From: Vicugna vicugna
Lineage: Eukaryota
Assembly (NCBI GenBank): GCA_013265495.1
Contig: MU058418.1
Location: 558,001 to 622,000 of the forward strand
Direction: 5' to 3'
Length of the DNA stretch: 64,000 nt
A program made the position numbers and the translations under genes. The stretch's first letter is position 1, and each line of letters begins with the position of its first letter. Positions 25,563 to 39,211 of this stretch are shown here, in pieces. Below the pieces are notes generated by a model that searched no databases, was not told where the DNA came from, and was given only the letters and a program-made list of their open reading frames with translations.

Positions 25563-28132
25563 CAACTTTGCCTCCTGCTTTTATATGTGGCCTTTGAGGA
25601 CTTGCAACTCCTGCTGCTTGACTTCTACTCCTGCTATTTCCAGCTCTCTTCCCTCCACTCTGCCTCCAGGGCTTCTGCTCACTGCCTGTCCTCTGCAGTC
25701 CTCTGGCTTTATGCCCATAACCATTTTTGTTCCTGCTACTACTTATTATCTTGATGCCCAACTCCTCAAAGAAGAAAATTTGATTGGCTTATTGAATTGC
25801 TCTGTCCCTGTGAGGCAGAGCCACCCCAAGGACTTGAGGCATCCCGGAGTCCAGTCAGCTATGGCCGGGAAAGCTGTGGGGCTGTGGCCGGAGCAGGCAC
25901 TTAGCATCTAAGGGGCTCTGTTCTGATACAAAGGTAGTTTCTACACAGTTCTTCTTTCCCTCCTCTATCCTCCCTTTCCTGTTCCTCCCCACTTCTCCAC
26001 ACGCCAATCCACACCGGGGCCTGCCTTGATAGAGCACAATACGTCCAATAATACATTTCCTTTCACTCTTAGGCACTAAGCACTAGAAGAGAGGCTCCGC
26101 CTCACATGTCTAGATCCCCCCCGCTCCGTGTGCCTTCCTTCTGTGTCTTACCAGGTCTGAGGCCCACTGCTCAGGCTGTGGGTTAGGCAGCGCAGTCATA
26201 TTCATTTCTCTTTTCACCCAGGAGCCAGTAGTCCGCCTGCACAATGGGTTAAATGAAAGGATGCTTCCTCATTTCATTTCCTTTCTTCAGAGTAGACCAA
26301 AGAATGATGTAGTTAGTTATACGTGGGTTATGAGATGGGGGATTTTACCCAAATACTGATAATGGATATGTGATGGTGACTAGTCTTAATTTACTCCTCT
26401 CTACAATAAGGTATGTTATCTGGCTGCTGGTCTCTTTTCAGACCTCTGGTGAGTGCTACTGTGATAGTGTCTCTTGCACCACTTGAATTCACTGGAAGAA
26501 AGGAGCTCTATAAATAACAGATGTGTTTAAACATATACAAATGCATATCTTTGTCCAGGGTCATCTTGCTTCACACTGTTGAGCCCTTTCAGCCTGGATG
26601 GGGAGACTGGGTTGGGCTGACCCAGGATTTGCTTACGATGATGGAATTGTAAGAGGGACGCTGAGTGGAGAATCTAGCACCAGTAGAGTGTTGGCTTTCC
26701 ACTGAGTAGTTAGCACAGCAGGATGGTTGCATTAATGGAACAAAGATGGACGAGAACCAGGCAAAGCAATAGGCCACAAACATCCAGGAAGCTTTTCAGA
26801 GACAAAGGAACCAATGTGGATTTGAAGTCAGAAGCAGCCAGGCACATCCCTCCCCAAAACCTAAGAAACCGTCACTAAGTACGTGCTCTCACACCGGTTT
26901 TAATTAACTAAAAAGACAAGACAACAGGCATCCTAAATTATTTATCTTCCCCAAGTTTGTGAGCCCAGCACTCTGGGCCTTTTGAATTTGTAGCCTTGTG
27001 TACCAGATGCCATAAATGTCACATTTGTGTGTAACTGAGCATAAGGGATTCCATTGGCGACTCTGGCCCAGGCGACTGTTGCTGGCCTGAAGCTGAGCCT
27101 AGGGCTAAAACGTCCATGAGCTCACGACCACAGCCTGGCCCGCAGACCTCCTCATTATTGCAATTATGTTACTGTCAAACACTCTACAAGCCACTGGGAA
27201 CACAATGGAGAGAATTTGGGGGTCAAGTGTTTTGTCGATTTGGGTTTCTGGTTTTACTTTGAAGTACACACACATCAGAGGAAATTTCATAGTAGTAGGC
27301 TTGCTTTTTGTTTTTAATAACTGAGATTTAACAAAAGAATGATGAATAAATAAGAGTGTAAACCAGTTGGCTATGTTTTAAACCTGTAAAACTAGATACC
27401 ATGAAGGCCACAGGTATGACACAGGAAGAGATGAGATAATGAAAAAGGGGCCAGTCCTTTTCAAGACTAAAGCCATAAGCAGGAACAGGCAATGACTTCT
27501 GACATCGCTCTACTAATGCAGAGAGTGGGAAGGACCAAGTTACCCTAGATTGTGGGCACAAAAAGATAAAAACAATCTCAGAGAGATCACTGAGACTTGG
27601 AGGGGATTATATGCCTAGACTAGAGCCAGCCTATAAAACTGAAACGTATAAACACCATACCCTGCCAGCATATCTAATAGGTGGGTAAAATTTAGGAGCA
27701 TATAACCTTGTATGGCCATCCATGCCCTTGAGGGGAAATGCAAAATGGGAATTTTAAGAAAATAAAAGGAAACATCAAAAGAATTATTTGGGGGGAGAGG
27801 GGTATTGAGTACAAAAATCTGAAGAAGATATTAAAAATAGATTAATTAGCAAAGAAGCAAGATATGGAACAATTACCTAGATATCTGCTAAGAATAGCAT
27901 TCTCTTAGAAAAGCAACCGATCATTCTTCACACGCCTGTGGATATCTCTGAGAAGGTGGAGAAGCTGTGAGAGGAATCTCACTTTGACTACTGGTTTGTT
28001 TAACACAAGGGAGAGCTGCTTGGTGTGTGGATGGAGAGGGAAGAGACACACCATGTTGGAACGTGCCACGGCAGAGGGAGAGGATGCTGGATGTGATCAA
28101 CCACATTCTCTAGAATTTAGAAAAGCAGATTC

Positions 28133-28584
28133 CTTTTTAAAAAAAACTTTTTTAAATTGGAGTATAGTTAATTTAAGTGTTGTATTAGTTACTGGTGTAC
28201 TACATAGTGATTCAGTTATACATATGTGTGTGTGTGTGTGTGTACTTTTTCATATTCTTTTTCATTATAGGCAGTTACAAGATAGTGAATGTAGTTCCTC
28301 GTGCTATACAATATGACTTTGCTGTTCATCTATTTTATATATAATAGTTTGTATCTGCTAATCCCAAACTCCTAATTTATCCCTCCCCACTCCTTTTCCC
28401 CTGTGGTAACCCTACGTTGGTTTTCTGTGTTTTGTAACATAGTTTTCTGTTTTGTAAATAAGTTTGTTTGCATCATTGTTTTTAGATTCCACATAGAAGT
28501 GATATATGATATTTGTCTTTGTCTGACTTACTTCACTTAGTGTGATAATCTCTACGTCCATCCATGTCACTGCAGTTGGCATTA
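28133..28584 (-). mobile_element. L1 3' end with perfect 15-bp TSD
   Basis: L1 3' UTR similar to the copy at 19155. TAGAAAAGCAGATTC at 28118-28132 and 28585-28599. Confidence 0.9.
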
Positions 28585-29324
28585 TAGAAAAGCAGATTCT
28601 TTTTTAATCCAAAGAAAGGTTGATTTGTTCCTCAAATCAGCAGCTCAGTGTAGTTTGTGGGGGGTGGGGAGGGCAAAATGGAGGATGGGAAATTCTGAAA
28701 ATGAAATTGTGTCAGGAGGGCTAGGGTGCATGAAAGGATAAACCCTTGGGGGAACTGCCCAAGGTAATAAAAGAAAATTTTTATAATAAAATTTTATAAA
28801 AGCATAGGGTTATGCTCATGGAAGGAGCAAACAGAATTGGATAGATCAGTGTTTAGAGCGAATGGTGTAATATTTAACACAAGAGGGTGAGAAGACAAGG
28901 CTGGGCAACTTTTACTTGGTTTCTTTCCATTGTCTCCATAAAGAGAATGTTCTTTATACTGAAAAAGGTAGAACAGATACCAAAAAAGAAGACTAGGAAT
29001 CCCACATTGAGGGCAAAGAGATAGACAGAGAGCACCTGCTTCTCTAACAAATTCAGATCTCCCTGCCACTTTGAAGGAATTTGTAGATAATTTCATTTCT
29101 ACTTTTGGGTAATACTTGTTCTATCCTGGGAGAAGGAGAGGTTTCAAAAAGACAAAAATGGACTAAAGTTTCAAAATTGGGAATGGGTTTCTGATTTATG
29201 AAACTCTAGACCAGTAGGATTGATGGCTTATCCTCAAACGTCTTGAATATATCACTGAACAAGTGGTTGGTGAGCACTTAGGAGGAAAAGCTTTTGGCTG
29301 ACCAGAAACTCAGAGTGAAGCAAG

Positions 29325-29540
29325 CAACGCAGTAGAGTGAAAATAGGTTGGGTTGGAAGTTCTGGATCTGGATCCCAGCTCTGTTATCTGTAGGCTGTGA
29401 GAGCTTAGGGAATCTTTGTTTTCTCATTTTCAAGTAAAATGGGAAAAACAGTAGCTCCTTTTCAAGTTTGTTCTCAGAATTAAAGGAGATAAGTGAACGT
29501 TTCAAGCTCAGTCCACAACAGATATTCAATAAATGCTCGT
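29325..29540 (+). mobile_element. MIR
   Basis: GATCCCAGCTCTG...TTTTCTCATTTTCAAGTAAAATGGG...GAATTAAAGGAGATAA...TTCAATAAATGCTCG. Confidence 0.7.
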
Positions 29541-29659
29541 TTTGAAAGAGCATACGCGTAATAGAGGGATGTTACTACTCAAAAAGCAGGTGCACTCTTG
29601 GGTGGCATTAGCAGAGCTGTGGTGTTCTGTGTGAGGGAGGGGAGAGTTCCTGGATTCTG

Positions 29660-30225
29660 TGCCCGTCAGATTGCTGCATTCTGTTCTGGGCTCCACCCTT
29701 TGAGAGAGACATTACCAAGGTAAAGTATATGCTTGGGTAAAAGATGCAGGAGGACAGACAGGCGAGGAGGGCTCTGGGAACTTGTACCTGGGGACTGGGT
29801 GCAGGAGCTTGGAGGTTTAAAAGTAAAAATCAGTGGAAAAGATGATAGCTCTTTTTAAGTATTGGGAAGGCTGAGATTTGGAAGAGGAGCTGACCTGTGC
29901 TGGAAGCTGGTGAACAGAACTACTGTCAGTGGGTGGAAATAACAGGGACATCGACTGGTTAAACTTTCTAATAATCAAAGCTGTTTGACAACAAAATAGG
30001 CTGCACAGAGCTCTGCACTATATTGCAACCCTCTTTAGAAAGATCATCATGGTGTGAATCACTCTTTGGCAATGTGGGTGGATCTGGGTGGTCTCCCTAT
30101 CATAGGAAGTATGAGTGGCACCTGGAAGACCATCTATGGGTGGAAGGAAACCCAAGCTTGCTGGGGAGATAGGTTGGGCTTGACCTGTGAAGTTCCTTAG
30201 AGGTCTAGATGTCTGTGATTCTGAA
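29660..30225 (+). mobile_element. L3/CR1 fragment
   Basis: CATTCTGTTCTGGGCTCCACCCTTTGAGAGAGACATT...TTTAAGTATTGGGAAGGGCTG...AACTTTCTAATAATCAAAGCTG...TCTGTGATTCTG. Confidence 0.6.
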
Positions 30226-30252
30226 ATTTCAAAACAAAGTTATTATCAAATA

Positions 30253-30731
30253 CAGACATACCTCAGAGATATTGCAGTTAGGTTCCAGGCCACTGAAATA
30301 AAGCAAATACTGTGTAAAGTGTGTTACATGAATTTTCTGGTTTCCCAGTGCATATAAGTTATGTTTACACTATACTGTACTCTAAGTGTGCAATAGCATG
30401 ATGTCTAAAAATGTACATACCTTAATTAAAAATACTTTGTTGCTGAAAAATGCTAGCCATCATCTGAATGTTCAGGAAATTTTAATGTTTTTGTAGGAGC
30501 AACATTAAAAATCACAAGTCACAATTTACCATAACAAAACAAAATAATGAAGAAGTTTGAAATGCTGTGGGAATTACCGAAATGCAACACAGATGCATGA
30601 GGGGAGCAAATACTGTTGGAAATAAGGCACCCATAGATTTGTTGGATTCAGGGTTGCCACCAACCTTCAATTTGTAAAAATCACAATGAGAAGTGCAATA
30701 AAAGGAGGCACAATAAAACAAGGTGTGCCTG
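30253..30731 (-). mobile_element. Internally deleted Tigger1 derivative (479 bp; Tigger1a_Art-like)
   Basis: Both Tigger1 termini are present: TA|CAGACATACCTCAGAGATATTGCAG... and ...CACAATAAAACAAGGTGTGCCTG. No transposase region. Confidence 0.85.
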
Positions 30732-30799
30732 AATTAGTCAGTCATATTAATCCTGTAGTTTTAAAGGAAAATGCAAAAAATCCTTGGGGTAGCAGGGAC

Positions 30800-31000
30800 C
30801 TTATGGGCTTTGAAGCCAGACAGATCTAAGTTAGAATCTAGATCTGCCATCTATTACCTGCATAGGTAATCTAGGGCAGGTTATTTAGCCTATCTAAACC
30901 CCAATTATCTATATGATAAGGTACTTGTGGAGATTTAAAGAGGTAACCCAGGTAACATATTTAGCATGGTTACCAGTGCTTAGATAATGCAAGCTATTAT
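30800..31000 (+). mobile_element. MIR
   Basis: ATGGGCTTTGAAGCCAGACAGATC...GGGCAGGTTATTTAGCC...GAGATTTAAAGAGGTAA. Confidence 0.65.
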
Positions 31001-32169
31001 TCCTTGTATAATCTATTATTATGACATTAAACTGGGGCTTCCAGTAGGTACTATAATAAAAGCCGTAAATTTTGATGGAGTGTCCTGGAGAGATTTGAGG
31101 ACTGGGCAGAGATGGGCACCATGGACTGAAGTGGGGCCATCCTGAGCATCCACAGGTAGGAGTTGGTTCGGGCTGGAACCCAGGAGAAGAATAATATGCA
31201 AGACTGTTAAAAGGGGCTGAACGAGGCATTTCAGGTAAAGCCCTTTGCTAGGTGTCTGCCAGATTCCGAGCAATCTGTATATAGTTGGTAAATAAATGAT
31301 AGGTCACCAGGAACCACTGCAAGTCTTTGAGAAGCAGCCAGAGAGGGAGCTGAAGAGCAGGATTGCCGGAGGAGCCGTGAATTCTGCCAGCAGTGCCGTT
31401 GACCTGGACCACCTGCACACACACACAGCCTTGGTCCTCTGGCATTTTAGTGGGGCTGTTCATTGCTGATGCCAAAACACAGCCCCAGTGGGTGAGGAGG
31501 CTGGAGGCAGATTCAAATAAAATCCCTAGGAAAAAAAAAGACTGTTTCAAATATCACAGATAATAGCAATCCTTCCAAAAACTCCTGTTTTTGATGTATG
31601 ATTAGCTGTGTTGTGGAATTAAAGCCATGTGTTTTGAAATGTGATTTTTGCCATTTTCTAAAAAGTCTGTGTGAAAGGAGAAATGAGGTGAGTGACCACA
31701 GATAAAAAGAAGCCAAGTAACTAGTAAGTACACTTCACTTTCTAAAACATCAGTTTGATGGATCTCCCTTGATATGTAAGTGCAATCCAAGGTCCCTCCC
31801 TCCAGTTTTTTCAGGCAGAGAGAGGGCTCTTATAATCACAAATAATGAGACTTCAAATATTCAAGTATACATTTAGAAGACAGAGTAATAAGAAATGAGA
31901 TCAAAGCAATTCAGCTATATATTGAAAACAAGGAGAGTTTCAATAACCAAGGTAAATATACATCAGAAAAAAGATTCGGATATATATTTGAAAAAAGAGG
32001 AGTCACAGGGTTAGAAGCACAAAGGGGAGTTTGATATTGAGACACTAAAATATTAATATTAATCTTTTCAGTTAAAAAGTGTTGGTTGAACTCAGAACAA
32101 ATCTGTTGTTGGAGGGGGCGCAGGGTATTCCTGGGGAGAGGAGATGCATCCACATTTCTCCCAGGACTG

Positions 32170-32495
32170 TTAATAGATTCTGAGCTTCTTGAGGGCAGGT
32201 ACTGACTCTTTCTCATACTGTTTCACAGTTCAGTGCCTTCTTGAGCACAGCTCAGTACTTATTTTTGAATAAATGAAAGCATTACAAATAGAAGCTCAGT
32301 TTTTCCTTAAGCTTCAGTTTGAAGCACAGATGAGTCAATAAAAACAAAGACGTGCAGGCCTCCTGTGTCCTGCAGGAGATGCTAAGCTGTATGAGGGCAG
32401 AGCGTGCATCTTCCTTAACTCATTTCCCTGGTTCCTAGCACGGTGCCGGGCATGAGGTGAGCCCTCAATGAATGTTCATTTAGGAGTGAATACAT
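32170..32495 (+). mobile_element. Two L2 3'-end fragments
   Basis: TGAGCTTCTTGAGGGCAGG...TTTTGAATAAATGAA and CCTAGCACGGTGCCGGGCATGAGGTGAGCCCTCAATGAATGTT. Confidence 0.6.
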
Positions 32496-34489
32496 TGGAT
32501 TTTGTGATGGCAAAGTTTTCAGGGAAGGTCATAGTTAGAATATCTGGAGTTGATAAAAAGGAGAGAAATCGAAGCATGGCAGCCGCATGGCAATGAAAGA
32601 TGGAGTAGGATACGGTTCTCTGCTTTTTCACATTTTCCACATCTGCAGTCACTTGCTGGTTCTTTCGTCCTCACCTGTTTCCCAGGCAGTGCGTCACTGT
32701 GGATGATCTCAGTTTTTAGCTGAGCACCTGAGGCTTGGCGTGATTAAATACCTGCCCCACCAGGCACTGGAGGCTATGGGATAGACTAGATGACCTCTGA
32801 GGTTCCGTTCAGGGCAGAATTTCACTGCTGAGATCTCCTGGCCTATTTCCTTGCCCCCTCAGGACCACAGGACTGGAAAACAGAGAGGCAGACATTTGGC
32901 ACCAGGTAGACCAGATTTTCCAATGTTTGAATGTTTTAGTTTCCATCTGGATGACTTGTGTTAAGAAGATGTAAGTTGCATTTATCCAGCTTAAATGAAG
33001 CGGAGAGTTTTGTGATGATATGCTAATGCGCTTAGGCAGCCTAATATGTCAGAATAAAGGGAAAATTCACCTTCTTCTGAATCATGTGTTTGGCTATGAG
33101 GATGGACCCGTGGTCACTGAATACAGGCCAGGACTCTATCTCTTGCTTTGGCTGTAGAAACAGACTTGGGTCAGTAAGGAGCTGTTTGTCAATGCTCACT
33201 GAGATCCTGAAAACCAAGCCCGTCTCTTCTGCCTTTCAGAGTTCACTGCAAGTGTGAAAGAGAAGAATCTGCCTAATGACTGGGGCCATGGTTTCTGAAA
33301 TCCAGCTTAAAACTTATAAGTAGAACTTGAGTCACAGTGTACAGTTCCTACCGGGCAGTTTCTAATGAGATTTTCAGTTCTAACAAAGATGCTTGTTAGC
33401 CTCTCCTTGAGTTCCAAATTCTGTATGAGGAGAGAGGAGAGGGAGGAGAGAGAGAGAGATTGAGATTGAGAGAGAGGGAGAGAGTCAGGCCAAGCTACAA
33501 AGCAAAACAAAAAACTAAGACCCTTAAATAAAAAGAACTATGTAGCAAACATGATCATGTAGGAATATAAAACTGCAGAAAGTTTGTTTTGAAAATGAAC
33601 TTCTCCATGAATTGGCTTTTTTTTTTAAACAATAGCTCTTGCTGATTCTAAATCCCTCTCCTGATTTCTGTATGGCTGTGCATGTCTAAGGTGAGGTCAT
33701 CTTTTTCCTTCCTTCACTGGAATCCAACTTTGCAAGGAAACTTGGAAAGGTGAGCTTGGTCCGCCCATCAGCCCTCCGTGGGAGCTCGCCCTCATGTGCA
33801 TTCTGCCATGCAGGGCTCAGGTCATCCTGTCTTCAAAGCACATGATACTGTGGCTTCTGACCCTTCCTTTGGAAGATAGTCCTGCCATGTAATGAGTCAA
33901 GCAGATCGTTCATCAGCTCTGTTTTTTAATAAAACATGAATAGCACAGTTTATGGCTTCCACTATTCAAACAGCAGTTGAGCCTAAGAGGAATTATTCAT
34001 TTTAATGGTTCTAACAGTCATTTCCAAGCAGTCATGCTGCTTTATCAAGCTTTTGCCTGAATTAGAGAATGACTGGCCGTGGAAGAAGAGGAGGGCTCAA
34101 CAGGAGCTGAATAGAGCCTTCTCAGGGCGGTGGGCAGCTGGGAACACAAAGTCCCGTTGCCCTGTTCCTTGTCACTGCAGACAACCCCTCTGTCACCCTT
34201 GGGATGGCAGGATCTAGGATGGGGGCTGGGGTCTGTGAGATTCAGCATGGGTTTGCCCAGAGAGAAACATACTCCATTCTACCTCAAAGACTCGCAGGCT
34301 CATGGGAAAGCCTAGATGAAAACCTCCCTTTCCTTCCTCACGCTGCCATAGAAATATCCTCTCATTAAGTTAAACTGAACTTAAACATATGGGATGTTCC
34401 TGGGACAGCAGCAACCATGAGAGAGTCAGGCTGGGAACTGAAAAAGTACTCTATGCAACTGGGTTAGTGATAACAAGTGTTACTTACTA

Positions 34490-34605
34490 CTATCAGTTCC
34501 ATTTCACAGATGAAGAAACTGAGGCTGAGGATTTCATAAGGTTGCACTGCTAGTAAATGACGGAGCCCAGATTCATACTCACATCCTCTGATTCCAAATC
34601 CTACA
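34490..34605 (-). mobile_element. MIR
   Basis: CCATTTCACAGATGAAGAAACTGAGGCTGAG...GCTAGTAAATGACGGAGCCCAGATTC. Confidence 0.75.
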
Positions 34606-37600
34606 TGATTTCAATAGCATCCTTTGCTGCCCAAGTGCATTGGATTGGGGCCCTGATGGAGGCAGAGTCTAAACCCAAAGGAACAGTTGATGCTGGGGTC
34701 ATGGGACTCCAGGGTTGAACTGGAAGCAAATATTCAGGTGGGGTCAGTCTGAGGCCCTAAACTCATGCTGTGAGGTGACTGTTTTTGGGTAGAGCAGACC
34801 CAGACCTTTCAAAACATTGACCCCCGTCCATGTCTCTCCATATCCTCCTTTGATTCACTCTTCAGTGAGCTCATGATTTTTCGAGTTGGTCTGGACTGCA
34901 AGACCAATGCCCATTTAACAGGCCAAGATCTAGAGAACCAGCCTCTTACAGCCAGCTCCAGTTTTGGTTAAAGAGCTACAATTTCTGAGCTGTTACCAGG
35001 GTGCTGTATTGGTATAAAGTCGAGCATGAGGAAATTTTGCTTTGTTTTTCAAATTGTTGATGGCATTCAAGGGATCGCTAATATCTTTTTACTGTTCCAT
35101 TGCTGCAGATGTGTTTGCCCAGATAAGAAAGATTTCAGCAAAAGAGTTTCTTAATGAAATACTGCCTGATGCCAGGCTACCACTCAGAAGGCAGTGGTAG
35201 GTAGGTTCCATTAAAGGATGAACTTCACTCCCACAGATGACAGCTGATTAATGTGTTAATTAGGAACCCTGTCCCCCTCCCTGATCACCCGAATCTTCTT
35301 CTAAGCCCGGCAGAATATTTATATTGTGCCCATGTGGGTAACCTCATGGCATACTTTGGCTTTGACTTTGGACGTTTATATAAAAATAAAGGCTCATTTG
35401 CCAACGTGAATAGCTTTCTTTCTTTCCAGGGGAAATACAAGATGGAAAGAGTTATAGGAACCAGAAGTCCTGCCTTTCAGTTTTCTTATATCAAGAGCAA
35501 GTGATATTTCTGCTGAGGCAGTGTCTTTTGAGCAGTTTAGCGGTGTAGGTTGCCACATTTATTTCACAGGAAAGGAGTGAATCCATCAGGCCACTGAGCT
35601 TGTAAGTACTACCCTGGCAGTCAGCCACCAAAATATAAATACTCTAAATGGACTAAAGGAAATGTTCATTCGGTTGTTTAGAATTGGACACATCCCAGGA
35701 AGGTAAATTTAATCTTTTTGAGGACTGCTGTTATAGGGTTGAATGGAATACGCATTTGTTTATCTCCTTTGTGATCTTTTTGTCTTCCCGGTGATACATT
35801 ATGTATTTGTGATACAAAGCATTTCAGCTGTCTTGCTCACTGGCCTTGCATTAGCTGATTGTTCGGTCCCCAGATTGCCATCATTAAACAGCTTCAGCCT
35901 CAGCTCCGTCCAATCTGGGACCTGTTAGGGAGAGAAGTGGAACCGAAGAGGCCGGATTCCAACAGAAACAAAGCCGGCTGGAATTAGGGGGAAATCATTC
36001 CAGAGCCCAGTGAGTTGAGTGCTGCACTTCTCAGTCTTTATCTTCTAAAATATCTGAAGGATTTTTGGTACTTCTTGGCATAATGAGGAAAACACTAATG
36101 CCGCAAAAAGTTAAAAAAAAAAATTAAAGCCGTCTGTGGAAAGAAGAAGGGAAGAATACCCCGTTACACCACAATTTAGAAAACCATAGTTTATGAGACA
36201 CATGCTGGGTATTTCCTGGGTATGCAAATGTTATTTTATTAAAGAGAGATCTACAGTATATATTTTCACCTGACTACCATGTCTTAAGTAATCAGCTCAG
36301 GCTCTTATGGTGAAATCTTTAATTACCAGAAGTGTGTCATTAGATGTAGAATGAATGATGTGCTGCATTTTATTGCTTCATATGATATAGCCATTTGTGC
36401 CATAAATTCATTGACCTAATCTTAAACGATGTGTCCTGTAAGACAGACATGATTCATTATTTCTTAAGTGACAATTTTTTTCTCTAATACTTTTTTTGCT
36501 TCATCAGGAAGATTGCTTTACTGTATTTTTAGACCAGTGTTCTGAGTTGAAACGTAATAAGGCAAGGCTACACACACATTCACACTCATTACCCCAAATG
36601 AGCTAGTCATAAACTGTCACAGTATTGCCCAAACACATTGGGATGTTGCCGAAAATCAAGTAGCTAACCATTGGGCTTTTGCTTTAACCGGAAAGTCTGA
36701 TGAAACAGAATTTGCTTCAAACTTTGATGTCTGTAATTCTTTTATGTGGAAATAGATAAAATACGGTGGAGAATTCTCATTGGATAATTGGGAAAGATTT
36801 ATGAGCATTCCTTATACGCCAATGAATTATTGAAAGTGAAGGAAGTAAAGGGAGAACATTTAAATTATATTTAGATTATTTTTTGTGACTTTACTTGAAA
36901 ATATTTATTTAGCTTGAGGAAACAGAGGAATCCTCTGGAGGCAAATAATTCAATCTGGCAATCTGAAAACCAATTAAGGATTTCAGAAAACTCTTTCCCC
37001 TTATGGTTAAAAAATATGATCCAAAAGAAATATGCCAGAAAGTTTGGTTATTATTTTAATTAGTTTAATTCATTGATAATGTTTTTTTAGTTCATGATTA
37101 AAGAAGCTATATTTGATCCTTCACATCAAGCTTAAAAGTTTACATTTTAGCCTTTCTATGGATGCGTAATATTGAAACAGAATCAGGTGGCTTTATTTCA
37201 TATTGGAATTTAAATGTCTCATCATTATTACATTAGCTTTATAAAAACGAGCTGGTTTTAAAGATAATAACTTACATGTGTCAGGTTTTCACTGCTAGTT
37301 TATTTAACCTTTAGATGAGAATTTTGAGTCTGATAGATTCTGTGTGTCTTCTTATCAAAGGCAATTCCATACTTATTTGTAAACTAGACATCTCAACTAT
37401 GATTAAAAAAAAACTTCTCTTAATTCTGGAGAGACCTGAAACACTGTAATGAAACAGGAGTATATTAGCATTGACTTTATTTATTTATTTATTTTTGCAA
37501 CAAGTATTTTGAAAGGGTATTTTGGTATGAGGCCTAATGAAAAACTGATGTGTGCCAATAAGTGTAATTCAGTCTCACACCATCAAGTATATTACCTGCA

Positions 37601-39211
37601 AATATCAGGGGGAAGAAAAGTGAGAAGGAAAAGAGTGCATTTACACATACAGACCCACATCTGCCATAAGTGTGTACACTCACAATCACATGCTAGCATG
37701 CCACCAATGTTTATAGTCAAGGAAAGCTGAGAGTTAAATGAGATGAGTAATCAAATGCCCAGCATATGTTGTTTTTGCATTGTTTATGTGACCAATCATT
37801 ATTAAAATGTATCATCTTTTAATGCTATCAGTTTACCATAGTTAAACAACATGCACCAGCAACAGAACAACAGACACCATCCTCAACAAAAACAGGGTTC
37901 TATTTAGAGCAATGTTGGAACCAGGGCTTTATTGAGAGATTTAAATTCAATGAACTCACCATTGCATTGTGTTTCAAAATTCTTCCTCTGCTGCTGTATG
38001 ACTTGAGTGCTGAGGAAATGACCAAAAAAAAAAAAAAAAAATAAGAATAAAAAGAAAATAAGATTGTGTGTGTAATAGTCAAAAAAGTAAGGCACCAAAA
38101 GAACTATTGAAAATTTTGACATCTGTTTATCTGTTTATAGCTATGGCAAGATTACTCATATTAATTCTTGTTTAAAATGCCATATGAAGGAAAGACATTT
38201 GTGCAAACAAGAGTCATATTTGAATTGTAGATCATGTCTTCACCATCTGTGAGAGCTGATGGTGTTGCAAAATTAATGTGTTAATGAAATCACAATAATT
38301 TCTCCAAAGTAATGGGTTCTGAAGCCGAGAATGACTATTTTTTGAACTTTGATGTCTAGTGATTTTCAATTGGGAAAAGCTCTCAGCCTTTAATTAGTTC
38401 TGCAGCCCAACTTTAAAATAAATTTGGTGATGTCTTTCTTTTGCCAGGAGTAGATTTGAAGGGGGGAAAAGCCATAAAAACTTTTGGAAAACGTTCTCTG
38501 GTGTTTGAAAAGTTGTTAAATAAGACTGCCTGCCAAGAAATGTCACCAAAAATTCTGACTACTGAGAGAGAGTGGGCAAACAGCTCAAAAAATAATTCTA
38601 GCTTGCTGCAACATCACAGGTTGGGAATAGCTAAACCTCACACAGACTTCATGACTAATTCCAAGTTTCCCCTTGGAAGCCAGGCATAATGATGTTCAGT
38701 GCTATGTTATTGGTTAACACAGCACACCCCTTCCAACTGCATTATTGAACAGTCAATAGTGTAAAGGGACTTCGCATGAGAATTTTAAGGGTCTACATTT
38801 CAAAGCCCACTGAAATTTCTGGAGAATCCTTCCAGCCAAAACTATTTAGATGTGCATGTCCAATGAGCCTCTTGACCAGTGAAAATATGTGGGCAGGTAT
38901 ATGTACCCCTTTTTGTCAGATCCACCTTTAAGTCATGCTTAAAGGGGATAACACAGTTTTTTTTCTTTTTTTTTAAATAGAAGATGTTAATAATTGCTGC
39001 TCTGAAGAGCTAATATTTATAAAGCAATTATAGCTTCCAAAGAGAAATCATCTTACAAACATTTAAGAATTCTACCTTTCAGAAGAAAACACTTCTGCCG
39101 ATTTGAAAAATAGTGATAAAGTTTGAAAGAACCTTTATGTGAAACATGAAACGTTATCTACCAAAGGGAATTGCTTATCTTACTTTTTTCTTCTTTATTA
39201 CTGTGTTGTAG

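Larger units (their letters stand above)
1..39211 (+). other. SOBP: 3' portion of the long SOBP intron preceding the large exon (5' end outside the window)
   Basis: Ends in TTTTTTCTTCTTTATTACTGTGTTGTAG. I recognised no upstream SOBP coding exon in 1-39211, and the region is rich in repeats. Confidence 0.8.

Noticed and set aside
1..39211. Numerous 60-150 aa ORFs in the intron, and a search for the upstream SOBP exon or a processed pseudogene
   Set aside because: None resembles a protein I recognise, many overlap repeats, and their lengths fit random expectation. No upstream SOBP exon was recognised.
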